A stretch of 64,000 bases of DNA from IMGVR_UViG_3300028654_000001:186001-250000, one strand, 5' to 3'. Shown: positions 10,065 through 19,840, counted from the stretch's first letter. Translations and numbers: made by a program. Notes: generated by a model not told the origin, from the letters alone.

Positions 10065-10399
10065 ATGACCCCTCATTGCCAACTTGATGATTTCAATGAG
10101 AGCGTCAATATGAAATGGCTTGGCCAAAAAGTAAGGAAATCCCTCGACCTCGGGCCACCCTGAGATTACAATGAACCTTTCCTTCATTGCCGGGTACTTA
10201 CCCAGAATCCACTTGTACAGGTCATCAGCAGATCCAGATCCAAGCCTCAAGTCTGAGACAACTAAGTCAATCAGCTCGTTATCTAGGAGTAGCTTGGCTT
10301 CGTCGAGGGTCGAAGCCGCCTCGACGATGTAGCCCGAAGAAAGGTGCAGAACATCTTTCTCAAAATGGGCTTGTCTTCCACCAATAGAACGTGTTTCAT
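10056..10399 (-). pseudogene. second REC-domain gene, frameshifted near 10336-10343
   Basis: MKHVLLVEDKPILRKMFCTFL continues in another frame as SGYIVEAASTLDEAK..DLVVSD..KPF; paralogous to 9511..9858. Confidence 0.8.
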
Positions 10400-10428
10400 A
10401 CTCTTTACTTCAGAGAAAATAGTTATGT

Positions 10429-11403
10429 CTAGGTAGTATCGGTTTGGTAAGACCACTGAAATCCCTTATATACCCTACCACTTTTACATAGTGACCTTAG
10501 GGTCATACCTGAGATACCGCATTTAGTGGTGGCTTCTTTGGAGCTTGAATACAACTCCATAGTATCAAGCCCAACTTTCTGAATCCTACGAACTCTGAAC
10601 TTGGCCATCGGGTAGTGAGCATGAGCATGTCTATTGTTTTCACTCTGAGTCGCCCACTCCAAGTTATCAGCCCTATTGTCTATTTTGTTGAGGTTCTGGT
10701 GGTTCACCGTTAGGTCAAGAGAGGTGAATCCTTCAGGAAGTGGTAAGAATGCTAATGCCACAAGACGATGGACTGAAACCTTGGACCCTGCTAGATCTAC
10801 AGTTAGATATGGGTCACCACTACCGTAGGTTACCCTACCGCCTTTCAATCGGACTCGACCTAGGGATGATACCTCAACAGTTTTGTCATTGAATTGTGTG
10901 TTAGCCCACCTCTCACCGGGTAGCTCTTTAGTAGCGTATGCCCACTTAACTCCATACGCTCCTCGAATCCTACCTTGACACGCTAGCCAGATACGGGAGT
11001 AATCATGCGGGATTGACCTTATTGAGGGCCACTCTTTGATAACCTGACCATTCTGATCAAGCTGTAGGACAGCCCTGGAACTAGTTTTTGATCCTGTTGA
11101 GCGGGCAAGCCTTCTGTGATCTCCAGTAGTTGCCCATTCAAGATTTCCTACTCGATTGTCCTTTGTATTCTGGTTCTTGTGGTGGACGATCATATCCTTT
11201 ATCGGAGAATTCCCTAGAAAAGTAAGTGCAACGAGCCTATGTACATGAATCGTGGTTTTCTTTCCGCCTACTGATAGTACAACACTATGGTACCTACCTG
11301 ATTTAGATCCTCTTAGCACATAACTGTCCGGGTTCCGTACTTGACCAGAATCCGATATCTCATACTTTTGAAAGGGTTCTGGTGCGCTTAGCCACTTTTC
11401 CAT
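10429..11403 (-). CDS. NUMOD4/HNH homing endonuclease with two HNH modules
   Basis: YEISDSGQVR, VHRLVALTF..HHKNQNTKDNRVGNLEW and a second VHRLVALAF..NHQNLNKIDNRADNLEW. Confidence 0.9.
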   Translation of the reverse strand: MEKWLSAPEPFQKYEISDSGQVRNPDSYVLRGSKSGRYHSVVLSVGGKKTTIHVHRLVALTFLGNSPIKDMIVHHKNQNTKDNRVGNLEWATTGDHRRLARSTGSKTSSRAVLQLDQNGQVIKEWPSIRSIPHDYSRIWLACQGRIRGAYGVKWAYATKELPGERWANTQFNDKTVEVSSLGRVRLKGGRVTYGSGDPYLTVDLAGSKVSVHRLVALAFLPLPEGFTSLDLTVNHQNLNKIDNRADNLEWATQSENNRHAHAHYPMAKFRVRRIQKVGLDTMELYSSSKEATTKCGISGMTLRSLCKSGRVYKGFQWSYQTDTT

Positions 11404-11440
11404 TGAATCCCTGCATTGAGTTGGGTACACTGGCCCTGCC

Positions 11441-12793
11441 ATGAAAGTCCCAGAGAAAGTTCATTTAATCTGCAGCACCCTAAAACAAGCAGGCTTTGAA
11501 GCTTGGGTTGTTGGTGGCGCAGTGAGAGACTCGCTCCTAGGTAAGGACGCCCATGACTTCGACTTAACTACTAACGCAAGACCTGAACTGATAAGTGGTT
11601 TATTCAGCCATGTCATTGAGACTGGCATTCAACATGGGACGGTTACTGTGATGTTGGAAGGTGAGGCCTACGAAGTCACCACCTTCCGTGGTGAGGGCGT
11701 CTATTCTGATGGTCGTCGACCTGATGAGATTCAATTCCTTGATCGAATAGACCAAGACTTAGCTAGGCGGGACTTCACTATGAATTCCATCGCCTATGAC
11801 CCAATTGGGAATGTATTTTGTGATCCATTCAACGGACGGTCTGACATTAGAACCAGAACCATCCGAGCTGTTGGGGATCCCGTGGAGAGATTCTCAGAGG
11901 ATGGCCTACGAAGTCTTCGAGCCCTGAGATTTATGGTTACCCTGGGTTTTGAGGTGGATTCTCAGACCTACAAGGCTATCCCCATAACCCTCGGGACCTA
12001 CTCAAAAGTAAGTGCTGAACGAGTTCGGGATGAGTGGTTCAAGATCATGACCGCCCATCTTCCTTCAGAAGCTTTTCGAGCTATGGCTTACACAGGGATG
12101 TTGAATATTACAGTCCCTGAGATGATCCCCATGATCAATTGTACCCAAAACCGGTATCATGGGTTCGATGTCTGGGAGCACAGCCTCGCCACCCTTGATG
12201 CCTGTCCAGAAGAGGACCTAGTCCTTCGGTGGGGTGCATTGTTCCATGATATCGGGAAACCAAGATCCAAAGGGGTCCACCCAGAGCACGGGGACGCTAC
12301 CTTCTACAATCATGAGAATATCGGAGCTGATATGGCTATCGATATTCTATCTAGACTGAAGTTGTCCAATGAAGATCAGGAGAGGATCACTCATCTAATC
12401 CGCCACCACTTCATTCGATACAATTCCGAGTGGTCACCGGCTACCATCCGCCGGTGGGTTCGCCGGGTTGGTCTCGATAATGTAACTAGCTTGTGCACCC
12501 TTGCACGCGCCGACATCTTCGGAAAAGGTCATGCCAAAGTTCAGTTGGAAGAAGATCTCATCAACGAACTGGAATCCAAGATTGCCAACATGAGAGTCAC
12601 CGAGGTGCTGCCCACCTCGACCAAAGTCCTTACGGTCAATGGACACGATGTTATGATCCACTTGGGCATTGGCCCAGGGCCAACTATCGGAAAGGTTCTA
12701 ACAGCCCTTCTCGAGCTCGTGACAGACAATCCAGAGGTCAATACTCGAGAGAACCTGTTGACACTGGCCGAGACAATAGTAGCATCTACTTAG
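11441..12793 (+). CDS. cca: CCA-adding tRNA nucleotidyltransferase (class II) with HD domain
   Basis: VGGAVRD, DFDLTT, RRDFTMN, EDGLRSLRALRF, SAERV, HDIGKP motifs. Confidence 0.92.
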   Translation: MKVPEKVHLICSTLKQAGFEAWVVGGAVRDSLLGKDAHDFDLTTNARPELISGLFSHVIETGIQHGTVTVMLEGEAYEVTTFRGEGVYSDGRRPDEIQFLDRIDQDLARRDFTMNSIAYDPIGNVFCDPFNGRSDIRTRTIRAVGDPVERFSEDGLRSLRALRFMVTLGFEVDSQTYKAIPITLGTYSKVSAERVRDEWFKIMTAHLPSEAFRAMAYTGMLNITVPEMIPMINCTQNRYHGFDVWEHSLATLDACPEEDLVLRWGALFHDIGKPRSKGVHPEHGDATFYNHENIGADMAIDILSRLKLSNEDQERITHLIRHHFIRYNSEWSPATIRRWVRRVGLDNVTSLCTLARADIFGKGHAKVQLEEDLINELESKIANMRVTEVLPTSTKVLTVNGHDVMIHLGIGPGPTIGKVLTALLELVTDNPEVNTRENLLTLAETIVAST

Positions 12794-12804
12794 GGCTAAA
12801 CTGA

Positions 12805-13557
12805 ATGCTAATTCTCGGAATAATGGCGATTATACTGGTACTAACCATCTGTGTATCCACCGTTGTTTATTTTCTTGGTAAATACCACAAGGCAAAGGAT
12901 GAGGCTGAGAAACAGAGGTTGAGAGCGGTATCCGCTGAGAATTCTGCTCGAGTGGCTGCTGGACAACGACCGATACCTGGGAGTGGGGTTGATGCTAGTG
13001 AATTAGCAGCTAGGTATAGAACACCTTCCCCACCTGAACCCCCTCCAAACAGAACTGAGTCAGGAAGAGTTTCAACCCGACCAAGGACACGGCCAAGATC
13101 TCGTCAAAGTATGGAGTCCTCTTTCACTGATCTATTCAGTAGCATGAGTGAGCAGATGACCCAAGTCTTTACTGGGGTGTCTCAAGCAGTGAGCGTGGTT
13201 AGTGAGCAAGCTACCCTCTCTGTAGCCATAGCTCGGGATGCTCAATCCCTATTGAATCTTGGGTTTGTTCAAGAAAATATTCAACTTGATCAAAGTCGGA
13301 GGTCTAACTTACAACACCTGAGTCTCATTCCTGGAGTATCCTCTCGAACGGTCACTGCACTACAGAGGCTTGAAACTTCGAATCGTATAGCTGAGCACCT
13401 TAACTGGGGGCGACTAGTAATCCAATTCATGCGTATGATTGACTCTGGTGGGATAACCTTCGAGAACGAGAACAAGGCTCCTGAACCAACTACTGCTAAG
13501 GAACCAGAGCCCGAGAAGCTACCTCCAACAAGGTTTGAGCGCGAGGATGTGATATGA
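12805..13557 (+). CDS. membrane-anchored hypothetical protein with C-terminal TRFER tag
   Basis: N-terminal TM helix; ends EKLPPTRFEREDVI; shares a domain (..NR..WG..MR..SG..) with the next gene. Confidence 0.8.
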   Translation: MLILGIMAIILVLTICVSTVVYFLGKYHKAKDEAEKQRLRAVSAENSARVAAGQRPIPGSGVDASELAARYRTPSPPEPPPNRTESGRVSTRPRTRPRSRQSMESSFTDLFSSMSEQMTQVFTGVSQAVSVVSEQATLSVAIARDAQSLLNLGFVQENIQLDQSRRSNLQHLSLIPGVSSRTVTALQRLETSNRIAEHLNWGRLVIQFMRMIDSGGITFENENKAPEPTTAKEPEPEKLPPTRFEREDVI

Positions 13558-14603
13558 GACCATTGTTTGATGGATGGGCCTTGCTCGCCTTCCTGTTCTG
13601 GATGGGTTTCTGCTGGCTCCTCTGCGTACGAAGATTGTTCTGGGGTTCCTTGGTAAGGAACTTCATCACAAGTGTCTTCTTTGCAATCTCTGGTATTGCA
13701 CTCCTCTTCCTAGCAACTAGGCCTTGGATTAACACGGCCCACATCCCTCATGGAGTCAACTTTCCGCCCCCGAAGTACAATAGTGAGATCCTAAATCTTG
13801 TAGGATCAATGTGCCTGACTCTATCCCTCGCCATCAGGGTAGTAATTCAACCGATCCCTACGCCATGCCCAAGAGTCTTGGTTTCGGATGAGAACATATC
13901 TCACCTTAGAGGTACTTGGCACATCATTGATGAGGTCAGGGTTCGAGTGGGGGACATCGTAATCCTTATAAATCAGAATCGAGCTGTAGATAACGGAGCT
14001 TGGGAAGTCAGAAAGCCACCCTGGCGCAGACCTCAATCAAATCAGAAGGGCTACCATTCCTTTGGTTCTTGGTTCATTGCTAATTGTGGTAACAAGTATG
14101 CTCATACTCTATGGGTGGGATCATTATGCCGCAATGACATCATCGGTGAGGGTGAACTCGAGTGGAAGCAACTCGATCTAAACAGCAGAATACGAACTTT
14201 CGTGAGCCTCGAGATACCCTGCAGTATTGGTGAGACCGCCAAGTTCCTTCTTCGAGTAGGAGTACTTCCATACCAGATTCGATGCAATCTCCAAGAAGAA
14301 GCAGTTAGGGACCTTTTGCAAGCAGGACACATATCACCAACCTCAGTAGGTATCCTACTGCACAAGCCTGACCCTAATCGGAACTCTACTGAGTGGGGTC
14401 CTCGAGTCAAAGCGGTGATGAGGTTGCTCATTCACTCGGGTGAGTTTGAATACCCCAAGGAAGCCTACGAGAGTGCAGTAACTAATGGGTTCGAGCACCG
14501 TATGACTGAGACTGAGGTGAGGGCTGACTTCGAGGTTCGAGTTAGGAACGAAACCCCAGAACCTCGAACCCCGACTAGGTTCGAAAGAGATGAAGTGATA
14601 TGA
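13554..14603 (+). CDS. multi-TM protein with tail-fibre-like domain and TRFER tag
   Basis: Three hydrophobic segments; VGDIVILINQNRAVDNGAW; ends PTRFERDEVI. Confidence 0.75.
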   Translation: MRPLFDGWALLAFLFWMGFCWLLCVRRLFWGSLVRNFITSVFFAISGIALLFLATRPWINTAHIPHGVNFPPPKYNSEILNLVGSMCLTLSLAIRVVIQPIPTPCPRVLVSDENISHLRGTWHIIDEVRVRVGDIVILINQNRAVDNGAWEVRKPPWRRPQSNQKGYHSFGSWFIANCGNKYAHTLWVGSLCRNDIIGEGELEWKQLDLNSRIRTFVSLEIPCSIGETAKFLLRVGVLPYQIRCNLQEEAVRDLLQAGHISPTSVGILLHKPDPNRNSTEWGPRVKAVMRLLIHSGEFEYPKEAYESAVTNGFEHRMTETEVRADFEVRVRNETPEPRTPTRFERDEVI

Positions 14604-14824
14604 GAGCCTCGAAGTCTGTACTTCAGGTTATGTTATTCCTGGTCATACTGCTATTGTTGTACTTGGAATTGCAACATGTTATTTTTAGGATCAACAAAAA
14701 GTCTGTAGCTACCACCACGGTACCGACTCCATCATCTGCCAAGGTAGTACCATGCGCTCCAAGTGCTACTGCTGATGTGAGAACCCAACATGAGGATAAA
14801 ACTAGCCTATCAGAAGATACCTGA
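14600..14824 (+). CDS. small single-pass membrane protein
   Basis: Hydrophobic VMLFLVILLLLYL; ATGA coupling. Confidence 0.6.
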   Translation: MRASKSVLQVMLFLVILLLLYLELQHVIFRINKKSVATTTVPTPSSAKVVPCAPSATADVRTQHEDKTSLSEDT

Positions 14825-15425
14825 TACCCACAACTGCCCGCTCAAGAAATGCATAGCCTTTGAGAAGTACGATGGTACCAACATCCATTGGGTTGCACAG
14901 CCCGAGTGGGGTTGGGTAGACTACGGTACTCGTCGCGATCGATTCCCCTTCAATAACGGTGGAGATCAGAAGTTTGAGGAGGCTCATCCAGAACTATCTG
15001 GGGTTTCTAGGTTGTGGGACCCAGATAGTAAGCTAGAGCATTATTTGAGGGGTAACTACAGCTCTGCCCAAGAGATTGTGGTGTTCACGGAGTACTTTGG
15101 CCCTAACTCGTTTGCTGGGATGCACAAGCCTGGTGACAAAATGCAGCTGGTCATCTTTGATGTCCAGATTGATGGCAACCTTCTCCAACCGGAAGAGTTT
15201 ATCACTGCCTTCAAGGGCTTCAACATCGCTCAGGTTGTCTTCAAGGGCAAGTACTCAGGACAGTTATTTGTTGATGTCCGTAAGGGCAAGTACGGCGTGA
15301 AAGAGGGTGTAGTCGTCAAAGGTGTAGCCGACGGTAATATCTATATGGCCAAAATCAAGACGAACGAGTATCTTGAACGTCTGAAGAGTAAGTTTGGAGA
15401 TTCCTGGCAAGAATATTGGGAGTAG
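14790..15425 (+). CDS. RNA ligase-like covalent nucleotidyltransferase
   Basis: Motif I EKYDGTN, EYFG, IFDV, motif IV EGVVVK, motif V AKIK. Confidence 0.8.
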   Translation: MRIKLAYQKIPDTHNCPLKKCIAFEKYDGTNIHWVAQPEWGWVDYGTRRDRFPFNNGGDQKFEEAHPELSGVSRLWDPDSKLEHYLRGNYSSAQEIVVFTEYFGPNSFAGMHKPGDKMQLVIFDVQIDGNLLQPEEFITAFKGFNIAQVVFKGKYSGQLFVDVRKGKYGVKEGVVVKGVADGNIYMAKIKTNEYLERLKSKFGDSWQEYWE

Positions 15426-15428
15426 GTT

Positions 15429-15779
15429 ATGCCAAAGAAAAGAGCAATTCTGGTTGGAACAGCAGAGCCGTTACCAAACCCACGCCCCCGGAAGAAGGTT
15501 AATCCAACTCCCCCAAGCCCCTTTGCCCCGGTACCTACCCTAGGCCCCTATGGCACCCGGGACAACCGGGAGAAGCTGATGTTATTCCTGCGAGGGTTCA
15601 AGGATGGGGCAGCAGCCACCGCCCACCGGCACCCAACAGAGTTGCCCTACCTAAAAGGGTACGAGGAAGGCTCAAGGGCACGGGCAGGGGCCGTACGAAT
15701 CTTCTGTGACGAGATTGGACACGACCCAATGCAAGACATCCTTCGGTGTAATACCGTGGATGCTACTGAGAATAGATGA
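15429..15779 (+). CDS. hypothetical protein
   Basis: 116-aa ORF directly after the ligase. Confidence 0.6.
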   Translation: MPKKRAILVGTAEPLPNPRPRKKVNPTPPSPFAPVPTLGPYGTRDNREKLMLFLRGFKDGAAATAHRHPTELPYLKGYEEGSRARAGAVRIFCDEIGHDPMQDILRCNTVDATENR

Positions 15780-16179
15780 TAACACCCTAGATCCGTCCGA
15801 GTTCAGAGATACTTTGGCCGTTCGGTTCGCACTTCCCCAGGAATGGGAGATGGAATCACGCGAGGGTATGGCTAGGTGTGGGGTTCTGTTGCGTGACGAA
15901 GTGAGCTTCCGAAGAAACACTTGGCTTCCGTTTGACATAACGGACATGTTTGAGGCCACTGTGTTCCTTCGTCAGGCTGCCCCAGAGGGGACTGATCGTA
16001 TCCAGTCCTGGGTTTACGAGGTCTACACTTGGTACCAGTCGCGGATGATGATCCCTTGGACGGTTACCTTGATCTACCACCCTGAAGGATGGCACTTCTG
16101 CTTTGGCCCTGCAGGACTCATCCAGGGCTTGAGGGTAATTCTTCCAGACTACATTCCACTATCGGGTCCTCAGACATAA
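15760..16179 (+). CDS. hypothetical protein
   Basis: Start set at 15760: GGTGTA 15745-15750 lies 9 nt upstream. Confidence 0.65.
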   Translation: MLLRIDDNTLDPSEFRDTLAVRFALPQEWEMESREGMARCGVLLRDEVSFRRNTWLPFDITDMFEATVFLRQAAPEGTDRIQSWVYEVYTWYQSRMMIPWTVTLIYHPEGWHFCFGPAGLIQGLRVILPDYIPLSGPQT

Positions 16180-16519
16180 CTCTCTGGAACCTGGTTTGGA
16201 CCCCACGTCGGCAATAAGCTGAGATTATCATGCTAGACATCTCATCTACGTGAGTTGCTCCGTGAACTTGCTCCATATGCTGAGCAAGTGGGGACCCAAG
16301 CCGGAGTCCCCACTTGTTGCGCAGGTACCTGCCCAAGGTATGGTGAAGCTCGGTCATTGCTGTCTTCTCGTTAGCCACACTGAGAAACAACCGAGTCTCC
16401 TCATTCAGCATACCATCAATTGCTTCAATTGCTTCATCAAGAGTAGTAGGATTAGGGTGCTCAATCCGAGTTGATGCGTGTAATGGGTAATCCTTGAGAG
16501 CCTTGTACTGAGGGATCAT
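16118..16519 (-). CDS. DUF6794-like protein with TRFQR tag variant
   Basis: HHTLGRYLRNKWGL..H.DEMS..II pattern; QTRFQRVM near the C-terminus. Confidence 0.65.
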   Translation of the reverse strand: MIPQYKALKDYPLHASTRIEHPNPTTLDEAIEAIDGMLNEETRLFLSVANEKTAMTELHHTLGRYLRNKWGLRLGSPLAQHMEQVHGATHVDEMSSMIISAYCRRGVQTRFQRVMSEDPIVECSLEELPSSPG

Positions 16520-17060
16520 CTAGCACCTCAAAAGGTGGATGACTAATGGTGGTAGTTTTTAATGGTTCTTCAATAAGAGGTTCAAACGCCACTCCTGGTG
16601 GATCACAGATGCAAGCCTGAAGTCTCTCTTTACAGGTCGCACAGTAACCACTGTCGCCGATTACCCTTCGAACAGGAGGTGGCGGGGTTATCTTACTCCG
16701 AACCATCTTAGGTAGGGGTTCTCCACAGTACGGACAGAACCTCGCCGGGGGCCGATCGAGGTAGTATCTCTGAGTACCATCCATGAACCACTTGAGTAGC
16801 TCACTGGAAGCATGAACCCTCCAATCACCATCCGCCGTATTGGAGTCGTAGTCCTTTGGAACGTAGAACTTCGTGTCGAGCCCTGAGTCGACTTCGAAGG
16901 TAATGACCGGGTACTTCTGAGCCGCCTCGCAACAGGTTGGTCTGATAGTCTTGCTGATGGCTTCCCAGACTCGCTGATCCACTAAGTGTTCCAGCTCCTG
17001 CTCTTCTTCCGTACTTAGCTCTCTTCGACCACGAAGTTCTTGAATTCTTTCGAAAGACAT
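16461..17060 (-). CDS. Cys-rich hypothetical protein
   Basis: CC, FCPYCG, CATC..CIC; start 17060 supported by a GGTGTA motif 12 nt upstream. Confidence 0.7.
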   Translation of the reverse strand: MSFERIQELRGRRELSTEEEQELEHLVDQRVWEAISKTIRPTCCEAAQKYPVITFEVDSGLDTKFYVPKDYDSNTADGDWRVHASSELLKWFMDGTQRYYLDRPPARFCPYCGEPLPKMVRSKITPPPPVRRVIGDSGYCATCKERLQACICDPPGVAFEPLIEEPLKTTTISHPPFEVLDDPSVQGSQGLPITRINSD

Positions 17061-17078
17061 GGTGTAACAAGGTACACC

Positions 17079-17537
17079 ATGATCCACGAGAAGTCGCCTG
17101 TAGTTTGGGAAAAACGATGGTTTGTTGTCGAGGTTGACGGGGATCTAGTCAAGAAGCAGTTCGAGTCTCACTTTATACAGGATCAGAACGGGTACTCAGT
17201 CAAACTGGGGTGTGTGAGGGACTTCGTGCCCGCCAGCAAGTGTTACGAAACTGAGCAAGCGGCCGACTCTAAGATTGCTGAATTAAAGAGCCTGATGGGT
17301 GTCCGCGAGGAGTTGGCCGAGTATGCTCACAACTGCTGGTCTCGCTGGATGAGGCACCTGTTCGGAAAGGGTGCCAAGAACCAGGATGGGTCACTCACGC
17401 TGCCCAGAGAGGTTGTGGAGCGGTGGCTACGCCAGATGAACACTCCTTACCAAGAGCTCACCGCTGAAGACAGAGTCTCTGATCAGAACGAAGCCCACAA
17501 GATTCTGGACCTAGTGGCAAAGAATGCCTCAATCTAG
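17079..17537 (+). CDS. hypothetical protein with RyR-like domain
   Basis: LAEYAH..W..WM...TPY.EL...D..SD pattern; GGTGTA 12 nt upstream. Confidence 0.65.
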   Translation: MIHEKSPVVWEKRWFVVEVDGDLVKKQFESHFIQDQNGYSVKLGCVRDFVPASKCYETEQAADSKIAELKSLMGVREELAEYAHNCWSRWMRHLFGKGAKNQDGSLTLPREVVERWLRQMNTPYQELTAEDRVSDQNEAHKILDLVAKNASI

Positions 17538-17539
17538 GG

Positions 17540-18058
17540 TCATCTGTGTTGAGACTTCATTAGCTTGACGGTAGCATTGAAGGCTACCAACCAAAACTTG
17601 CTTTTACCAGCCCTCTTGGACTTCACAAGTTGAGATTTGTTGAGCTCTACTGGACTCAAGTCAAGAGCTTCTCGTATGCCATCCACTGTAGCATCAAATT
17701 CGGCTAAGCTTTCCGGAGTAGCTTCGTCGCTGACGGTATACTGTTGAAGGGTTGCCGTTGTCTCCAGGTCACCAATAGTTATGAATGTCTTTAGCTTACC
17801 CCCAATTCGATCTGTGGTGATATTAGCCTGACCTCGATAGTCCCCTGTTGCCTTCTTCTCGTCATCTGTACTATGGAGTTGATACTTCAGAGGCGGTACG
17901 TCGAAGTTCAGCTTTGAGAGATCGTACGCAGAGGATAGGTAATCAAAGTCCTCAGACAGCTTAAACTTCATCAACAGCCCATTCTCAATCACAATTCTTT
18001 GAAGTGAAGAGGCGGCGGTAAACCTACGAACGACGCGGGCTATGATTTCGAGATCCAT
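17540..18058 (-). CDS. hypothetical protein with N-terminal RVxxRF motif
   Basis: MDLEIIARVVRRFTAA. Confidence 0.7.
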   Translation of the reverse strand: MDLEIIARVVRRFTAASSLQRIVIENGLLMKFKLSEDFDYLSSAYDLSKLNFDVPPLKYQLHSTDDEKKATGDYRGQANITTDRIGGKLKTFITIGDLETTATLQQYTVSDEATPESLAEFDATVDGIREALDLSPVELNKSQLVKSKRAGKSKFWLVAFNATVKLMKSQHR

Positions 18059-18109
18059 GGTTTGACCTAGTGGCTCAGGTAGTCCCGAACCACTAGGATC
18101 ATCAAAGGA

Positions 18110-18505
18110 TCATCGAGGGCATGGAATGCCGCTAGCGGCTCGACTCCTCTCGAACTCAAGCTTGGCCTCAGCTTCCTCCTCAGGAGAGAGCTTCCCTCCA
18201 AAACAACCACCGTCCATGAGGTCTTTTACTGTCATGCCATCAGGAAGCATGTCCTCAAGCAAGAACAAGCCCTTGGTCTTGGTACCGTCATCATCTTCGA
18301 GTGTTGACTCAACGTAAAGGTGCGGGTACCCATTCTTGTCGAGGACTAATTGCCATCGACCATCCTCGGGCTTGATGCAGCCCTGAGCTTCAGGATCATT
18401 ATTGTAACGGCCTATTATGACGTTTTGCATCTGAATGACTCTATTCTCGGAAGGTTTGAACCAACCGGAAGTCATCCACTTCACGGTGCCGGTACCATAA
18501 TTCAT
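18110..18505 (-). CDS. hypothetical protein
   Basis: 131-aa ORF; start uncertain. Confidence 0.6.
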   Translation of the reverse strand: MNYGTGTVKWMTSGWFKPSENRVIQMQNVIIGRYNNDPEAQGCIKPEDGRWQLVLDKNGYPHLYVESTLEDDDGTKTKGLFLLEDMLPDGMTVKDLMDGGCFGGKLSPEEEAEAKLEFERSRAASGIPCPR

Positions 18506-18547
18506 TGGGCAGGCCCCGTCAAGAACTTTTTGGTGTACTTAGGACGT

Positions 18548-18925
18548 ATGAAGCCGGGTGAGGTAATCGCAGAAGGTCTACTCGGCTTCTATGCCTGTGC
18601 TGTCCTCAACGATCTCGAGAAGATGGTGGTCTTACCCTCTGTTGTACTCGAGTCCGTCAAGGACAACTCAGGGGTAACCCCCGAATGGCCCCTTGGGGTC
18701 TATGTCCTGTTCACTGAGGATGGGGTCCTTCTTGGAATACACGGTAAGAACAAAGAGGGGGAGATACTCGACAGGTATAGTTTCTTTGACCTCGACGAGG
18801 ACACAATCCCGGATCTTGGTGAAGATATCTGGAACCTGTGGAAGGTCCTTCGTGAGGCCTCTGATGAGTTGGTCGAGGCCAACTATCAGGCTTTACTGAA
18901 GCAGACTCTGGAGTCTGAAAATTGA
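18548..18925 (+). CDS. hypothetical acidic protein
   Basis: Start set at 18548: GGTGTA 18532-18537 lies 10 nt upstream. Confidence 0.7.
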   Translation: MKPGEVIAEGLLGFYACAVLNDLEKMVVLPSVVLESVKDNSGVTPEWPLGVYVLFTEDGVLLGIHGKNKEGEILDRYSFFDLDEDTIPDLGEDIWNLWKVLREASDELVEANYQALLKQTLESEN

Positions 18926-19392
18926 TGCTTACAGTAGCTGACGTCATACCGACTGCAGAGGTTGGACAGTATTGGGTACATACCTTTCCCCTGTACATGT
19001 TTCGAGTTATAGCCGTTGATGTACAACAGTGGCAGTTCACCCTTGTCACTTGGATTGTCGGAGGGGTCCCTGAAGAGGATAGTTACTATATCGGGTATGA
19101 TACTTTTAAGGGATGCCGTAGACTTCACAACTCTGTAGTAATTGATCCCCATGCACTTAGCCTCAAGGAGATCCCTCGAACTGGAGACATTTTAGTTTTC
19201 CCAAGTGGGGAGTTGGTTTTCGTGGTTACCGATGGATCCCTAGTAACCCTGTACCATGATGGGGTTGTACCCAAAGACCCAGCTGTACTTTCCAAGCTTA
19301 AGCTATTTCAACGTGGCCCAGTCGACCCGAACCTAAAACCCACAACCAGATTCGAACGAGTGTTAGGTGATCATGCCCTTGACCCAGACTGA
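18922..19392 (+). CDS. hypothetical protein with TRFER tag
   Basis: Ends KPTTRFERVLGDHALDPD; paralogous to the next gene. Confidence 0.75.
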   Translation: MMLTVADVIPTAEVGQYWVHTFPLYMFRVIAVDVQQWQFTLVTWIVGGVPEEDSYYIGYDTFKGCRRLHNSVVIDPHALSLKEIPRTGDILVFPSGELVFVVTDGSLVTLYHDGVVPKDPAVLSKLKLFQRGPVDPNLKPTTRFERVLGDHALDPD

Positions 19393-19840
19393 TATATTCC
19401 CGGTGATGCAACCCGATCAGTGGTGGGCTCAAACCAGAACCCTTGGATTAGTACATATCTTGGCCATAGATCAACAGGTTGGCCCAGAGAGATGCTTTGA
19501 AATGGAGGTTTGGGCACCTGATGAACTACCTGGGAATAAGTGGCATTGGAATCGGGGACTTGGGCCTCCAAATGAATCACTCCTCTGGTTCAGGTCCAAG
19601 GTGGATGTCAAGCATCCAATTGAAAAGTATAGGATTGGAACGGTCTACATTTCAGCGGTGAACCACCAGCTATTCTTCTTAGCTATCATCCACGGAGAGG
19701 TTTGGATACTCGCCGATTGGGAGGTTACGGACACAGATCTTCAGAAGTCCTATGTGTTTCAACCAGCCCAGAAGGATCCAACTGAGTTGCATGACACTAG
19801 GTTGGAAAGGGTTCTGAACGAGGAGCACTCACCGACTTGA
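19367..19840 (+). CDS. hypothetical protein with TRLER tag
   Basis: LTQTDIFP..DQWW..LAID resembles the previous gene; ends DTRLERVLNEEHSPT. Confidence 0.75.
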   Translation: MIMPLTQTDIFPVMQPDQWWAQTRTLGLVHILAIDQQVGPERCFEMEVWAPDELPGNKWHWNRGLGPPNESLLWFRSKVDVKHPIEKYRIGTVYISAVNHQLFFLAIIHGEVWILADWEVTDTDLQKSYVFQPAQKDPTELHDTRLERVLNEEHSPT

